Shown: positions 31,689 through 41,116 of the stretch, piece after piece
How positions within the stretch are numbered: the stretch's first letter is position 1
Layout of the letters: every line of letters starts with the position of its first letter
Assembly: GCA_964474425.1 (NCBI GenBank)
Contig: CAYYTC010000001.1
Location: forward strand, 26,481-90,480
Reading direction: 5' to 3'
Origin: an uncultured Acidobacteriota bacterium
GTDB taxonomy: Bacteria > Acidobacteriota > UBA6911
DNA: 64,000 nucleotides
The notes under the pieces: generated by a model
Databases searched by the model: none
The model's input: only the letters and a program-made list of their open reading frames with translations
What the model was told of the DNA's origin: nothing
Program-made: the position numbers and the translations under genes

Positions 31689-32174
31689 TCAAAAATCCCT
31701 GAAATAGGGTTTTAATCGCTGATAGGTGGCGGGCAATTCCTCAGGCAGGACGCGGGTTTCACCGACAACGGAAACAAAATTCGAATCTCCAATCCACCGG
31801 GGAAGGATGTGCATGTGCAGATGGTGTTCCACCCCCGCGCCGGCCGCCCGGCCGAGATTCAATCCCATGTTGTATCCGTCGGGGTGATATTCCTGCCGGA
31901 GCGCGAGCTCGCATCGGCGGGCAAGTTCAAGCATTTCATGCAGTTCTTCGGGCTGCGCATCGCTCAGGGAAGCGATATGGCGGTTGGCCACGATCAGCAG
32001 GTGGCCGGAAGTGTAGGGATACAGGTTTAGGATGATAAACGTGTTGCGTCCGCGGCAAAGCACGAAGTTTGCGGGATCCTCGGCCTGCTGCAGGATCCCG
32101 CAAAAAACACACGAAGGCTCAAGATCGGCCTTTCGGAGATATTCGAAACGCCAGGGGGTCCAGAGACGGTCCAT
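31689..32174 (-). CDS. HIT-family nucleotide hydrolase/transferase
   Basis: Histidine triad HHLHMHIL near the C-terminus, 161 aa. Confidence 0.85.
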   Translation of the reverse strand: MDRLWTPWRFEYLRKADLEPSCVFCGILQQAEDPANFVLCRGRNTFIILNLYPYTSGHLLIVANRHIASLSDAQPEELHEMLELARRCELALRQEYHPDGYNMGLNLGRAAGAGVEHHLHMHILPRWIGDSNFVSVVGETRVLPEELPATYQRLKPYFRDF

Positions 32175-32449
32175 TACAGGTTGACGAGGTCCTTGATTTC
32201 TTTGCCGGGCTTGAAATACGGGACCTTCTTGGCCGGAACGCTGACGCCGGATCCCGTTTTGGGGTTTCGGCCCTGGCGGGACGAGCGGTTGCGGATCCGG
32301 AAAGACCCGAAGCCCCGCAGCTCAATTTTTTCGCCGCGCTGGAGAGATTCGGTGATGCTGTCCAGCACGGTCTGGACGATGACCTCCGCGTCCTTCTTGG
32401 TCAGTTCCGACTCATTGGCGACTTCTTCCACTAATTCAGCTTTTGTCAT
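32174..32449 (-). CDS. ihfB: HU/IHF-family DNA-binding protein, IHF-beta-like
   Basis: GFGSFRIRNRSSRQGRNPKTG...VPYFKPGKEIKD beta-arm motif. It lies downstream of rpsA, as ihfB does in E. coli. Confidence 0.6.
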   Translation of the reverse strand: MTKAELVEEVANESELTKKDAEVIVQTVLDSITESLQRGEKIELRGFGSFRIRNRSSRQGRNPKTGSGVSVPAKKVPYFKPGKEIKDLVNL

Positions 32450-32455
32450 GGCTTT

Positions 32456-33361
32456 CTATCTCCAGAGGTATGCAAACCGTATATGAGATTCCGAACGGTC
32501 CCGCTTCAGGGAAAGAACGGACCGGGAATCCCCGAGTACGAGGTCGAGAATAGAAATGCTTTTCTTCGAGGGGCTCACGACCCTGGGCGTGCCTGAAATT
32601 CCGGCCATTCTGGCCGCCGCCGCGACTGCGTCCTGATAAGTCCCGATTTCGTCCACGAGCCCGTCGCTCTTTGCCTGCTGGCCCGTATACACGCGGCCGT
32701 CGGCCAGCCTGCGCACGGTCTCTTCGTTCATATTGCGGCTTTTTGCGACCGTGGAAACGAACTGGCCGTACATGCTGTCGATGAGAGATTGAAAATAGGC
32801 CCGTTCCTCGGCCGTCAGCGGCCGGGTTGACGAACCGGCGTCCTTGAAAACCCCGCTCTTAATGACCACGTCTTCCATCTTTGCCCACCGCAGCAGGTCC
32901 CCGTAGTTGTACCATTCCGCGATGACGCCGATGCTTCCCGTAATGGTTCCCGGGTTGGCAAAAATCCTGTCCGCGCCGCAGGCGACGTAATACCCGCCCG
33001 AGGCGGCCACGGAGGCCATGCTCACCACTACTTTCTTTTTCGTCTCGGCGCGGAATTTTTTTATAGCTTCGAATATTTCCTGCGACGCCGCAACCCCGCC
33101 GCCGGGGCTGTTGATGCGGACGACGACGGAGCGGACGTTGGACCGGTTGCCGAAATCCTTGAGCTCGTCCACGAAATCCTTCGAGTCGGAGATGACACCC
33201 TCGATGTCCAGCGATGCTATCTGGGCGCCGGACAGGGAGAGGCCGGGGGAGCCTTCGCCGGAAAATTGAGCGGCCAGGACCAGAAGACAAAGGATGAAAA
33301 ACAGAAAGGCTCCCCCGCCCAGGATAAGAACGAGCAACAAACTGGTTCGTTTCTGTGCCAT
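32456..33361 (-). CDS. sppA: signal peptide peptidase SppA (36K type)
   Basis: The ATG at 33361 gives MAQKRTSLLLVLILGGG; the track ORF extends into the rpsA 3' end. ClpP/crotonase fold with catalytic Ser in ASVAASGGYY. Confidence 0.85.
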   Translation of the reverse strand: MAQKRTSLLLVLILGGGAFLFFILCLLVLAAQFSGEGSPGLSLSGAQIASLDIEGVISDSKDFVDELKDFGNRSNVRSVVVRINSPGGGVAASQEIFEAIKKFRAETKKKVVVSMASVAASGGYYVACGADRIFANPGTITGSIGVIAEWYNYGDLLRWAKMEDVVIKSGVFKDAGSSTRPLTAEERAYFQSLIDSMYGQFVSTVAKSRNMNEETVRRLADGRVYTGQQAKSDGLVDEIGTYQDAVAAAARMAGISGTPRVVSPSKKSISILDLVLGDSRSVLSLKRDRSESHIRFAYLWR

Positions 33362-33389
33362 CTCTGACCTCGCGGGCTGCGCCGGCCGG

Positions 33390-35186
33390 CTATTCGTTTT
33401 CGGTTTTCTTGAAACGCTGAAGCTGGTCCCCCAGGCGCTCGCCCATTGAGGCGTTCCCCGAGTCGGCGGAAGCCAGGTAAGATGTGAATTCGAGCCTGGG
33501 CTCATCCTCTTTCATCGCCTTCAGGCTCAGGCCGATCTTTTTCTCCTGAAGGTTCAGCTTGATGACCTTCATCTCGATTTCCTGGCCGATGTTGAGAAAC
33601 TCGGTAGGTTTCTCCACGTGCTTTTCGTCGAGTTCCGAGACGTGGCACAGGCCTTCGATTCCCTCTTCCAGCTCGACGAAGGCGCCGAAGTTTGTCATCC
33701 GCACCACCCTGCCGCGGACGGTTTCGCCCAGGTTATGACGGCTGAACCAGTCCTCCCAGCGGTCCGGCTCGAGCTGCTTGATGCCGAGCGAGAGTTTCTG
33801 GTTGGCGGCGTCGATGCTCAGTATGACCGCCTGCACCTCGTCGCCTTTCTTCAGAACCTCCGACGGGTGTTTCATACGTTTCGTCCAGGAGATATCCGAG
33901 ACGTGCACCAGTCCGTCGATTCCCTCCTCCACCTCGACAAAGGCCCCGAAATCGGTGATATTGCGCACCTTGCCCGTTATGACGGTTCCGGGAGCGTACC
34001 GCGTCTCGATAACGTCCCACGGATTCGGTTCGGTCTGCTTCAGCCCGAGGGAGATGCGCCGGGACTCCACGTCAATGTCCAGGACGACGGCCTCGACGGT
34101 ATCGCCGACGTTAAGAATTTTCGACGGGTGTTTTACCCTCTTGTTCCATGTCATTTCCGAAATGTGGATCAATCCCTCGACCCCGGGCTCCAGTTCCACG
34201 AAAGCGCCGTAGTCCGTCAGGCTGACAACTTTTCCCTGGACCCTCATGTTCTTGGGATATCGCATGTCGGCGTGAAGCCAAGGGTCTTCCGTCATCTGCT
34301 TGTATCCGAGGGAAACGCGGCCGTCTTCCTTGGTGAACTTGATGACTTTGACCGTGAGCTTGTCGCCTACGGAGAAGAGCTCGGACGGATGGTTCACCCG
34401 GCCCCACGACATGTCCGTTATGTGCAGCAGGCCGTCCACCCCGCCCAGGTCGATGAAAGCGCCGTAGTCGGTGATGTTCTTGACGACGCCTTCCATGACT
34501 TTGCCGCTCTCCAGGACCTCCATGGTCTTGGCTTTTTCCTCTTTCATCGATTCTTCGAGGACCGCCTTGCGGGACAGCACGATGTTGCCGCGCTTTTTGT
34601 TCACCTTGATGACGCGCATTTCAAATTCTTCACCGCGCAGGCTGTCGAGATTGCGCACGGGGCGAACGTCAATCTGGGACCCGGGCAGGAACGCGCGCAC
34701 CCCGATGTCCACGGCCAGGCCGCCCTTGATGCGCTCGATGACGCGGCCCTTGACAACCGTCCCTTCCCTGTAAGCGCGCTCAATTTCGTCCCAGATCTTC
34801 ATCCTCTCGGCCTTTTCCCTGGACAGGACGACGTAGCCGTTGGCGTCTTCCGTCTGCTCGAGGAAGACGTCGATAGAATCGCCCTCCTTGATGGTTATCT
34901 GGCCGCGGTCGTTCATGAACTGCTCGACCGGGATGATCCCCTCGGACTTGAAGCCGACATCGACAATCACGCCGCTGCCTTGGATGGCGATGACTCTACC
35001 CCGGATCACCTCGCCTTCCGAGAAACTCTGGGTTCTGCCTTCGTACGCCGCAAGGAGATTCTCGAAACTGTTTTCATCCTCCCGGGACTGGGCTCCGGCA
35101 GCCGGAACATTTTCCTGACCGGAACCGGCGTCCGGCTGAACGGATTTATCGGCTGCGGGATTTGTTTCGTTTACGTCCACTGACAT
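33390..35186 (-). CDS. rpsA: 30S ribosomal protein S1
   Basis: 598 aa, six S1 repeats. Confidence 0.95.
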   Translation of the reverse strand: MSVDVNETNPAADKSVQPDAGSGQENVPAAGAQSREDENSFENLLAAYEGRTQSFSEGEVIRGRVIAIQGSGVIVDVGFKSEGIIPVEQFMNDRGQITIKEGDSIDVFLEQTEDANGYVVLSREKAERMKIWDEIERAYREGTVVKGRVIERIKGGLAVDIGVRAFLPGSQIDVRPVRNLDSLRGEEFEMRVIKVNKKRGNIVLSRKAVLEESMKEEKAKTMEVLESGKVMEGVVKNITDYGAFIDLGGVDGLLHITDMSWGRVNHPSELFSVGDKLTVKVIKFTKEDGRVSLGYKQMTEDPWLHADMRYPKNMRVQGKVVSLTDYGAFVELEPGVEGLIHISEMTWNKRVKHPSKILNVGDTVEAVVLDIDVESRRISLGLKQTEPNPWDVIETRYAPGTVITGKVRNITDFGAFVEVEEGIDGLVHVSDISWTKRMKHPSEVLKKGDEVQAVILSIDAANQKLSLGIKQLEPDRWEDWFSRHNLGETVRGRVVRMTNFGAFVELEEGIEGLCHVSELDEKHVEKPTEFLNIGQEIEMKVIKLNLQEKKIGLSLKAMKEDEPRLEFTSYLASADSGNASMGERLGDQLQRFKKTENE

Positions 35187-35538
35187 GCATTCCTCCTGAA
35201 TGAGATCCGGGCACGCCGGAGGCGCGCCGAGGACCGTATTATTTTCGAAGCTATGATTGCGTATGGGTATGAAACAGGGAGAGAACTATCCGCGTTCTTT
35301 TGACTGATTCGGTGGGGCAACTCCAAAGGTCCACATCCCTATATTCACGAGAGATATAAACAAGTACTTATAGCCTTTTGGACCCTGAATGTCAAGGGAT
35401 TCACCGATGAACGCGCCTCCTCAAAACGGGGGCGCGGCCGCGAAAAAGCGGATACGCTGCGGGGAACTTCCGGCTGCTTTTTGTTTGATCCCGGACACGG
35501 CCGGAGATATCTTCGCTCTGAAGGAACGGGAGACGGCC

Positions 35539-37557
35539 ATGAAACGATACCAGTACCCATTTTCGGCCATGGTGGATCAGGAGGGATTGAAAACGGCGCT
35601 TTTGCTGAACGCGGTGGACCCGTCGATCGGGGGATTGCTGATACGCGGGCACAAGGGGACCGGCAAATCAACGGCGGCGCGAGCCCTGGCTCAGCTCCTG
35701 CCCTTGCTTGAAGTCTGGGAGGACAGCCCGTTCAATTCGGACCCAAAGGGTCCCGTAAGTGATGCAGATGCGGATTATATGGGTGGACCGGAGAAGCCCC
35801 GGCGGGCGGTTTCGCGGCCCATGCCCTTTGTCGAACTTCCCTTGAACGCGACCGAGGACAGGCTGGTCGGCAGCCTCCACATTGAGAGGGCGCTGCAGGC
35901 CGGAGAGCGCCGTTTCGAGCCCGGACTGCTCGCCCGGGCCAACCGGGGGATCCTCTACGTGGATGAGGTGAACCTCCTTGCCGATCATCTTGTGGATATG
36001 CTTCTGGACGCGGCAGCCTCGGGAGTCAACACAGTGGAGCGCGAAGGCATCTCATTTGTCCATCCTGCCCGTTTCATCCTGATCGGCACCATGAATCCCG
36101 AGGAAGGGGAACTCCGGCCTCAATTTTTGGACCGTTTCGGCCTGTCTGTAACGGTGGAAAGCGTGCTGGACCTGGCGTCGAGGAAAGCGATTGTGCAGCG
36201 GCGCCTGGCTTTCGAGCGCGACCCGGAAGGTTTTTGGGATGCCTGGGCATCCGCGGACCGGATCGTTTCGGATCAGATAGCCTATGCGCGCGGGCATCTG
36301 AACCAGGTAAGCATCCCCGGCGAATTGATGACAGCCGTGGTCGGGATGACGCGCGAACTCCAGCTTCAGGGGCACCGCGCCGATGTCACCATCCTCAAGG
36401 CTGCGCGCGCTCATGCAGCCCTGATGGAAAAAAGCAGGATCGACGCTCCGGATATATCCGAATCGGCCCAGCTTGCGATCCGGCACCGCATGAAATCCTT
36501 TTCTCTGGAAGCGCCGGAGACGCTGCGCGGGAAAATTGCGGATGCGTGCGAAAGTGCTTTTGGATCGGGCGCAAAGTCGGATCCCGGGCGGAGAAGGGAA
36601 ATCAGCCTCGAGGAAATGGCGGAAAGCATGCAGGTCCCCGGTTCCATGGCTGCGGGCAGCGTTCTGTTTTCGTTTCTCGGCAAAAAACATGCGGAGACGG
36701 TGCACGAACCGGACAGGGAGTATGGAGGGACCGCCGAAACTATTGAGAAGCTGCTGTCCGGGGGAGAACACGGGAAGAGGAAAGCCAGGACCGCGGCGGT
36801 CAGCGGTGGAGGCCGCTACCTGAGGGCCGAACGCATCCGGGCCGGCGACCGCGATTTCAGCCTTGCCGTTGACGCCACGCTGCGCCAGGCGGCCCTCCGG
36901 TCGGGCTTCGCAGGCGGCGGCAGCGAAGGAAGATTTGGCGTAAAAGAGGAAGACTTACGGAAAAAGCGGCGCGCCAAACCGTGTGAGAACCTGGTTGTCT
37001 TCGTGGTGGACTCCTCGGGGTCCATGGGCTCCGGACCCCTGGTCCGGATGAAAGCCGCCAAAGGAGCGGCCCTGGCGATGCTTCGCAATGCGAAGCAGGA
37101 AAGAAGCGAAGTCGCCCTGGTTGCGTTCGGGGGGCAGAGCGCCTCGGTGCTCCTGCCGCCCACCTCGAGCGTGGCCGTCGCCGAGTCGGCCCTCGAGAGC
37201 CTGCCGTCCGGCGGAGGAACCCCCTTCAGCGACGGATTGTTTCGGGCCTGGCAGCTCATACGTTCCGAGCGTTTGAAGAATGCAGGCGTGCGTCCGGTCC
37301 TCGTCATTATCTCCGACGGCGAGGCCAACGTGCCGATTTCCCCTGGAGCCGACCCGCTGGAAGAGGTTTCGCTGCTGGCGGAAAAGATCGCAGCCGACCG
37401 GATAGATGCGGTCTTCATCGATGCCGCGGGCGGGAAAAAGGGCAGGAGCGGGATGCAGCACCTCGCCGGCCGGATGCACGCCGCCTACGTCGCCCTGAGC
37501 GATCTCTCGGCTCCCTCCATCCTGAAAGCGGTTTTGGACCGCGGCGAGCCGGAGTGA
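35539..37557 (+). CDS. Mg-chelatase-like ChlI/ChlD-type protein (AAA+ ATPase fused to a VWA domain)
   Basis: The ATG at 35539 (MKRYQYPFSAMVDQEGLKTALLLNAVDPSIGGLLIRGHKGTGKST) is the ChlI-type N-terminus. C-terminus: VWA with MIDAS VVDSSGSMG. Confidence 0.75.
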   Translation: MKRYQYPFSAMVDQEGLKTALLLNAVDPSIGGLLIRGHKGTGKSTAARALAQLLPLLEVWEDSPFNSDPKGPVSDADADYMGGPEKPRRAVSRPMPFVELPLNATEDRLVGSLHIERALQAGERRFEPGLLARANRGILYVDEVNLLADHLVDMLLDAAASGVNTVEREGISFVHPARFILIGTMNPEEGELRPQFLDRFGLSVTVESVLDLASRKAIVQRRLAFERDPEGFWDAWASADRIVSDQIAYARGHLNQVSIPGELMTAVVGMTRELQLQGHRADVTILKAARAHAALMEKSRIDAPDISESAQLAIRHRMKSFSLEAPETLRGKIADACESAFGSGAKSDPGRRREISLEEMAESMQVPGSMAAGSVLFSFLGKKHAETVHEPDREYGGTAETIEKLLSGGEHGKRKARTAAVSGGGRYLRAERIRAGDRDFSLAVDATLRQAALRSGFAGGGSEGRFGVKEEDLRKKRRAKPCENLVVFVVDSSGSMGSGPLVRMKAAKGAALAMLRNAKQERSEVALVAFGGQSASVLLPPTSSVAVAESALESLPSGGGTPFSDGLFRAWQLIRSERLKNAGVRPVLVIISDGEANVPISPGADPLEEVSLLAEKIAADRIDAVFIDAAGGKKGRSGMQHLAGRMHAAYVALSDLSAPSILKAVLDRGEPE

Positions 37558-37773
37558 GCGCCTTCCTTCGGGGCACTGCAGCGCGAGACCGGGATCAACA
37601 AAGGCACGCTTTCCAGCCACCTGTCCCGCCTGGAGGAAGCAGGGTATGTGGAAATCATCAAAACCTACCGCGGTAAAGTGCCTCAGACGCTCCTGAAACT
37701 CACGCCTGCGGGCCGCAAGTCTTTCGGCCAATACCGCAGGGGACTGAAGTCGCTTCTGGGAGGGGCGCACTAA
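37558..37773 (+). pseudogene. N-terminally truncated winged-helix (ArsR-like) transcriptional regulator remnant
   Basis: The frame reading ...GALQRETGINKGTLSSHLSRLEEAGYVEIIKTYRGKVPQTLLKLTPAGRKSFGQYRRGLKSLLGGAH* has an ArsR-type recognition helix/wing. It has no in-frame start codon after the upstream stop and begins inside the 3' end of the ChlI/ChlD gene. Confidence 0.45.
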
Positions 37774-38096
37774 AGACTATGCGGGCATACTGCCTTCCGG
37801 GAAAGAAGCTATTGTCGGGAGGCAGCCTCAGTTTGACAAATACCAATATTGAATATCGAAGGTCGAACCGCCCGACTTCGAAATTCATCATTCTATATTC
37901 CTACTATATTCCTATATTCGACATTCTGCGGTTCAAAAAGTTTTACAGAGGGTTATTGCGCGTGAAACCGGTTTTATATTTTATCGGTTGCGACCAGGCC
38001 CCTTTGAGGGACCCGCAACCGTCAAGCCGGCTCTGCCGGAGGATACTTGCTTTGTGCCTCCTGCAATGGATTGTCGCCCATCACTACAAAGGTTTT

Positions 38097-38129
38097 TAAT
38101 TCGTCAATCGTCATTCGTAATTGCTCAGG
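38097..38129. repeat. solo arm of the CGTCAAT-heptad MITE-like repeat family
   Basis: ttaattcgtcaatcgtcattcgtaattgctcag matches the arms of the elements at 62351 and 63706. Confidence 0.4.
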
Positions 38130-38472
38130 GGACCCACAGGACCATGCGGGGCTTCTTCCCCAGTTCGGCGGCGAGATCCTCGACGCGACCGTATTTCATG
38201 CAGGCAGCCATGCAGTGCTTCACGCATGCCGGTTCAAGGTCCTCCCGGGTGAGATGCGGGCAAAGGACGCAGGTTTCGGTGGGAAACGGGAAATAGGACA
38301 GGTAGAGGCGGCCGTTGGGCAGCTTCTGTTCCGCCTCGAAGACCTTGATGCCGCGCACGCCGGGCGGATGGTTGTATTCCTGGGCACAGGCGATTTCGCA
38401 GCTGTGGCATCCTGTGCAGTATTCGTAATCGATCAGCAATCCGAATTCGGGCTTCTTTTCCATCCTATTCAT
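38125..38472 (-). CDS. 2x[4Fe-4S] ferredoxin-like electron-transfer subunit
   Basis: 115 aa. CTGCHSCEIAC and CVLCPHL...CVKHCMAAC cysteine clusters. 8-nt overlap with the upstream oxidoreductase gene. Confidence 0.7.
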   Translation of the reverse strand: MNRMEKKPEFGLLIDYEYCTGCHSCEIACAQEYNHPPGVRGIKVFEAEQKLPNGRLYLSYFPFPTETCVLCPHLTREDLEPACVKHCMAACMKYGRVEDLAAELGKKPRMVLWVP

Positions 38473-40927
38473 CCCGCCCCCGGGCTTTGTAAACCTTGCA
38501 CAGCAGATTTTTGATGGGCGCGCCCAGCCCGTCTTTTCCCTGGCTCCCCATCGGGATCAGCTGGTTGATGTTCGACTTCCACGCGCCGAACAGAGACGGC
38601 TCCGCGCCGTCCTCTTCGGGGAACCACCATCCGTGCGCCGCCATGACCATCTGCGGAAGGACCGCAAGAGTCACTTTGGCTTTAAACGTCTGCCTGCCCA
38701 GCCAGTTTTCAATCCACGCCCAGTCCCCGTCGGCGATACCAAGCGCCTTGGCGGTGTCGGGGTGAATCTCGACGGTCGGGTCCGGATCGAGCTCCCGCAG
38801 CCATGGGATCATGCGGTGCTCCGCGTTGAAATACGCGAACGAGCGCCGGCCGGTTGAAAGAATCAGGGGATACTCCTTTGCCAGGTCGGGCCTGCTTACG
38901 GGCGTAAACGGAGGCTCCTCGTAGTGAGGCAGCGGCTCCAGGCCCCACTCCTCGCGAAGCGCGGAATACAGCTCCATTTTTCCCGAAGAAGTGGCGAAGC
39001 CCGGCTGCCCGTCCTGGCGCAGCAGTCCCTTTTCGTGTCGGCGGTAGGGAGCGCTTGAATTCCCTTCAGGCGGCAGGGCCCACTCTTTTTCCTGCAGTTC
39101 CTTGAAAGTCATTCCGGAATTTTTCAGGATTTCGTCGAACAGTTCCTCCACGGATTTCCAGCGCAGGTTTGGATCGAACCTGCGGGCGAGCTCAAAATTG
39201 ATTTCGACGTCCGATTTGCAGCCCTCGACCGAAATCGCCTTGTTGATGGTCTGTAGCGGTACCCACCAGCTGCGGACGCCGTCCTTTTCAAGAAACGTGG
39301 CGGCGGGAAGAACAATGTCCGCAAACTGGGTTGTGGGGGTCATAAACAGGTCGACCGCCGCTACAAAATCGAGCTTCCTGAGAGCTTCGCGCCACTTTTT
39401 CGGCTCAAAACCAATGCCGGCGATCAGGTTGCCGGTTTGCATCCAGAGGGCTTGAATCGGGTACGGTTTTCCGCTGAAAATCTGATCCAGGACCGTGTCC
39501 GTCTGAGTTCGCCAGATGAACTTTCTGAACGGGCCGTATTTGTCGGTGCCGATCCGTGGCTGATCCGCCTCTTTGGAGGACAGGCGTATGATCCCTTGGG
39601 CGCCCGGCAAAGCGTACGATACGCATTCGAACGCGTTGCGGGCGATTACGTTGCCGCCGGGGACTTCCAGGTTGCCCGTGAGGCACCAGAGAGCCGTAAT
39701 CGCCTGGGCTGCCGGCGTAATGCCCGGGGTGGAATCTATCGGCAGGCCCCAATGAATCGACGCAGGTTTGCTTTCGGCGAAGAAGCGCGCGGCGGCCTGG
39801 ATTTCCTTTTTGGGCACCCAGGTGATTTCCGATACCCGGTCGAGGGTGTACCGGTCGACCTCAGCGCAAAACGCATCCCACGCAGTTCCGCATTCGGCCT
39901 CGGAGCCGTCCTCCAGCTCGATTGAATAAGCGCCGCGAAGAGCCGGCCTGGGATTCCCGGATGCGTATCGTGCTTTTCCGGATTCCCAAACAGCCGCCTG
40001 CCCTGCTTCGCGGTCCCATACCACAAAGTTATCCCGTGAACCGTTTTTCCGCACATCGGCTTCACGCAGCAGCTTGCCGGTATCCTTTCTGATGAGGAAC
40101 GGGGCGTTCGTCCATTTTTCCACGAAGTCGTGGTCGTAGAGGTCCTCGGCGAGGATCGTGTTCAGGAAACCCATGGCCAGGGCTCCATCGGTGCCGGGAC
40201 GGAGTCTGAGCCAATGCTTTGCGCGCGACGAAAACCACGTCAGGCGTGGATCCACGCAAACAATTTCGGTCCCGCGCTTCATCAGATCGATGAACCAGTG
40301 GCCGAAAATGTTGTCGGGGCACGTGTTGGGAATGTTGTAACCCCAGATCACGATGCACTGCGGCGCCCGGTAGCGCGGGTCCTCGTAACGAGTCTCAAAC
40401 CATTGCGCGGCATCCGGCACGCAGTAGTCGCCCATCACCGTTTCCACCGCGGCAATCCTCGGGCTGTAACAGGCGTTTCCGCTCAATGCAAACATGACGT
40501 TCGGGCTGCCGTAAGCGTAGGCCAGCATGCAAAGCCACGGGCTGATGTCGCGGCCCGTCCCCATGCTGAAAACGACGCTCTCAGGACCGTATTGCTTCCG
40601 GATGGCGACCAGCTTTTCTTCGATCAGGTCGAAGGCTTCTTCCCAGGATATCTCCTCCCATTTCCCTTCGCCCCGTTCGCCGGCACGCTTCAAGGGACGG
40701 GTCAGGCGGTCGGGGTGATATACGTACTGGGTCATCGCCAGGCAGCGGGCGCAAAGCCGCCCCTGGTTCCACGGATGATCCGGATCGCCTTCTATCTTGA
40801 CGAGTTTGCCCTTGCGCACGTGGGCGAACACGCCGCAAGTCCCGTGGCATCCGGGTCCGGCGGACCACACGGTAGTCCGCAGGATCTCAGTGTCTTTTGT
40901 TTTTGGCTTGATTTTCAAGCCGGCCAA
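38465..40927 (-). CDS. molybdopterin/tungstopterin (bis-MGD) oxidoreductase catalytic subunit, DMSO-reductase family
   Basis: 820 aa, domain order typical of the family. The N-terminal cluster region SAGPGCHGTCG...CARC is a variant in which the first Cys is Gly. Confidence 0.85.
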   Translation of the reverse strand: MAGLKIKPKTKDTEILRTTVWSAGPGCHGTCGVFAHVRKGKLVKIEGDPDHPWNQGRLCARCLAMTQYVYHPDRLTRPLKRAGERGEGKWEEISWEEAFDLIEEKLVAIRKQYGPESVVFSMGTGRDISPWLCMLAYAYGSPNVMFALSGNACYSPRIAAVETVMGDYCVPDAAQWFETRYEDPRYRAPQCIVIWGYNIPNTCPDNIFGHWFIDLMKRGTEIVCVDPRLTWFSSRAKHWLRLRPGTDGALAMGFLNTILAEDLYDHDFVEKWTNAPFLIRKDTGKLLREADVRKNGSRDNFVVWDREAGQAAVWESGKARYASGNPRPALRGAYSIELEDGSEAECGTAWDAFCAEVDRYTLDRVSEITWVPKKEIQAAARFFAESKPASIHWGLPIDSTPGITPAAQAITALWCLTGNLEVPGGNVIARNAFECVSYALPGAQGIIRLSSKEADQPRIGTDKYGPFRKFIWRTQTDTVLDQIFSGKPYPIQALWMQTGNLIAGIGFEPKKWREALRKLDFVAAVDLFMTPTTQFADIVLPAATFLEKDGVRSWWVPLQTINKAISVEGCKSDVEINFELARRFDPNLRWKSVEELFDEILKNSGMTFKELQEKEWALPPEGNSSAPYRRHEKGLLRQDGQPGFATSSGKMELYSALREEWGLEPLPHYEEPPFTPVSRPDLAKEYPLILSTGRRSFAYFNAEHRMIPWLRELDPDPTVEIHPDTAKALGIADGDWAWIENWLGRQTFKAKVTLAVLPQMVMAAHGWWFPEEDGAEPSLFGAWKSNINQLIPMGSQGKDGLGAPIKNLLCKVYKARGRDE

Positions 40928-41007
40928 TCCATCACCTCCCAGATAGAATTTTCAGAATAGATGATCGGGGGGATAATTGAAACGGCAAACATATCGATAA
41001 TCTCAGA

Positions 41008-41067
41008 GCTCTGCCGGGGGACTCAAAGAGTTTGACAGCTCCGTATTTTATAACGCTGTAAAAACGC
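41008..41067. repeat. about 60-bp conserved intergenic element, copy A, upstream of the Mo-oxidoreductase operon
   Basis: gctctgccgggggactcaaagagtttgacagctccgtattt (41 nt) is identical to 47328-47368, followed by a related aacgctg(t/a)taaaaacgc. Confidence 0.6.
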
Positions 41068-41116
41068 GGAGTAACGCTGGTTCTTGAGGCGCTGGTTCCT
41101 GAGGCAGAGGTCGAGT

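Noticed and set aside
35187-35538. Possible cobalamin riboswitch ahead of the ChlI/ChlD-like gene
   Set aside because: No B12-box (GCCACTG) or other conserved riboswitch core was found.
37775-38124. Short direct repeats (tattcctactatattcctatattcg) and a tcgaaggtcg/cgacttcga palindrome
   Set aside because: Too short and degenerate to call an element on their own. They are noted only as part of the repeat-rich spacer that also holds the solo MITE arm.
41032-41060. Plus-strand sigma70-like promoter (TTGACA-N19-TGTAAA) inside the 60-bp conserved element
   Set aside because: It would drive transcription antisense to the neighbouring genes at both copies. It is more parsimoniously part of a minus-strand regulatory element or repeat.
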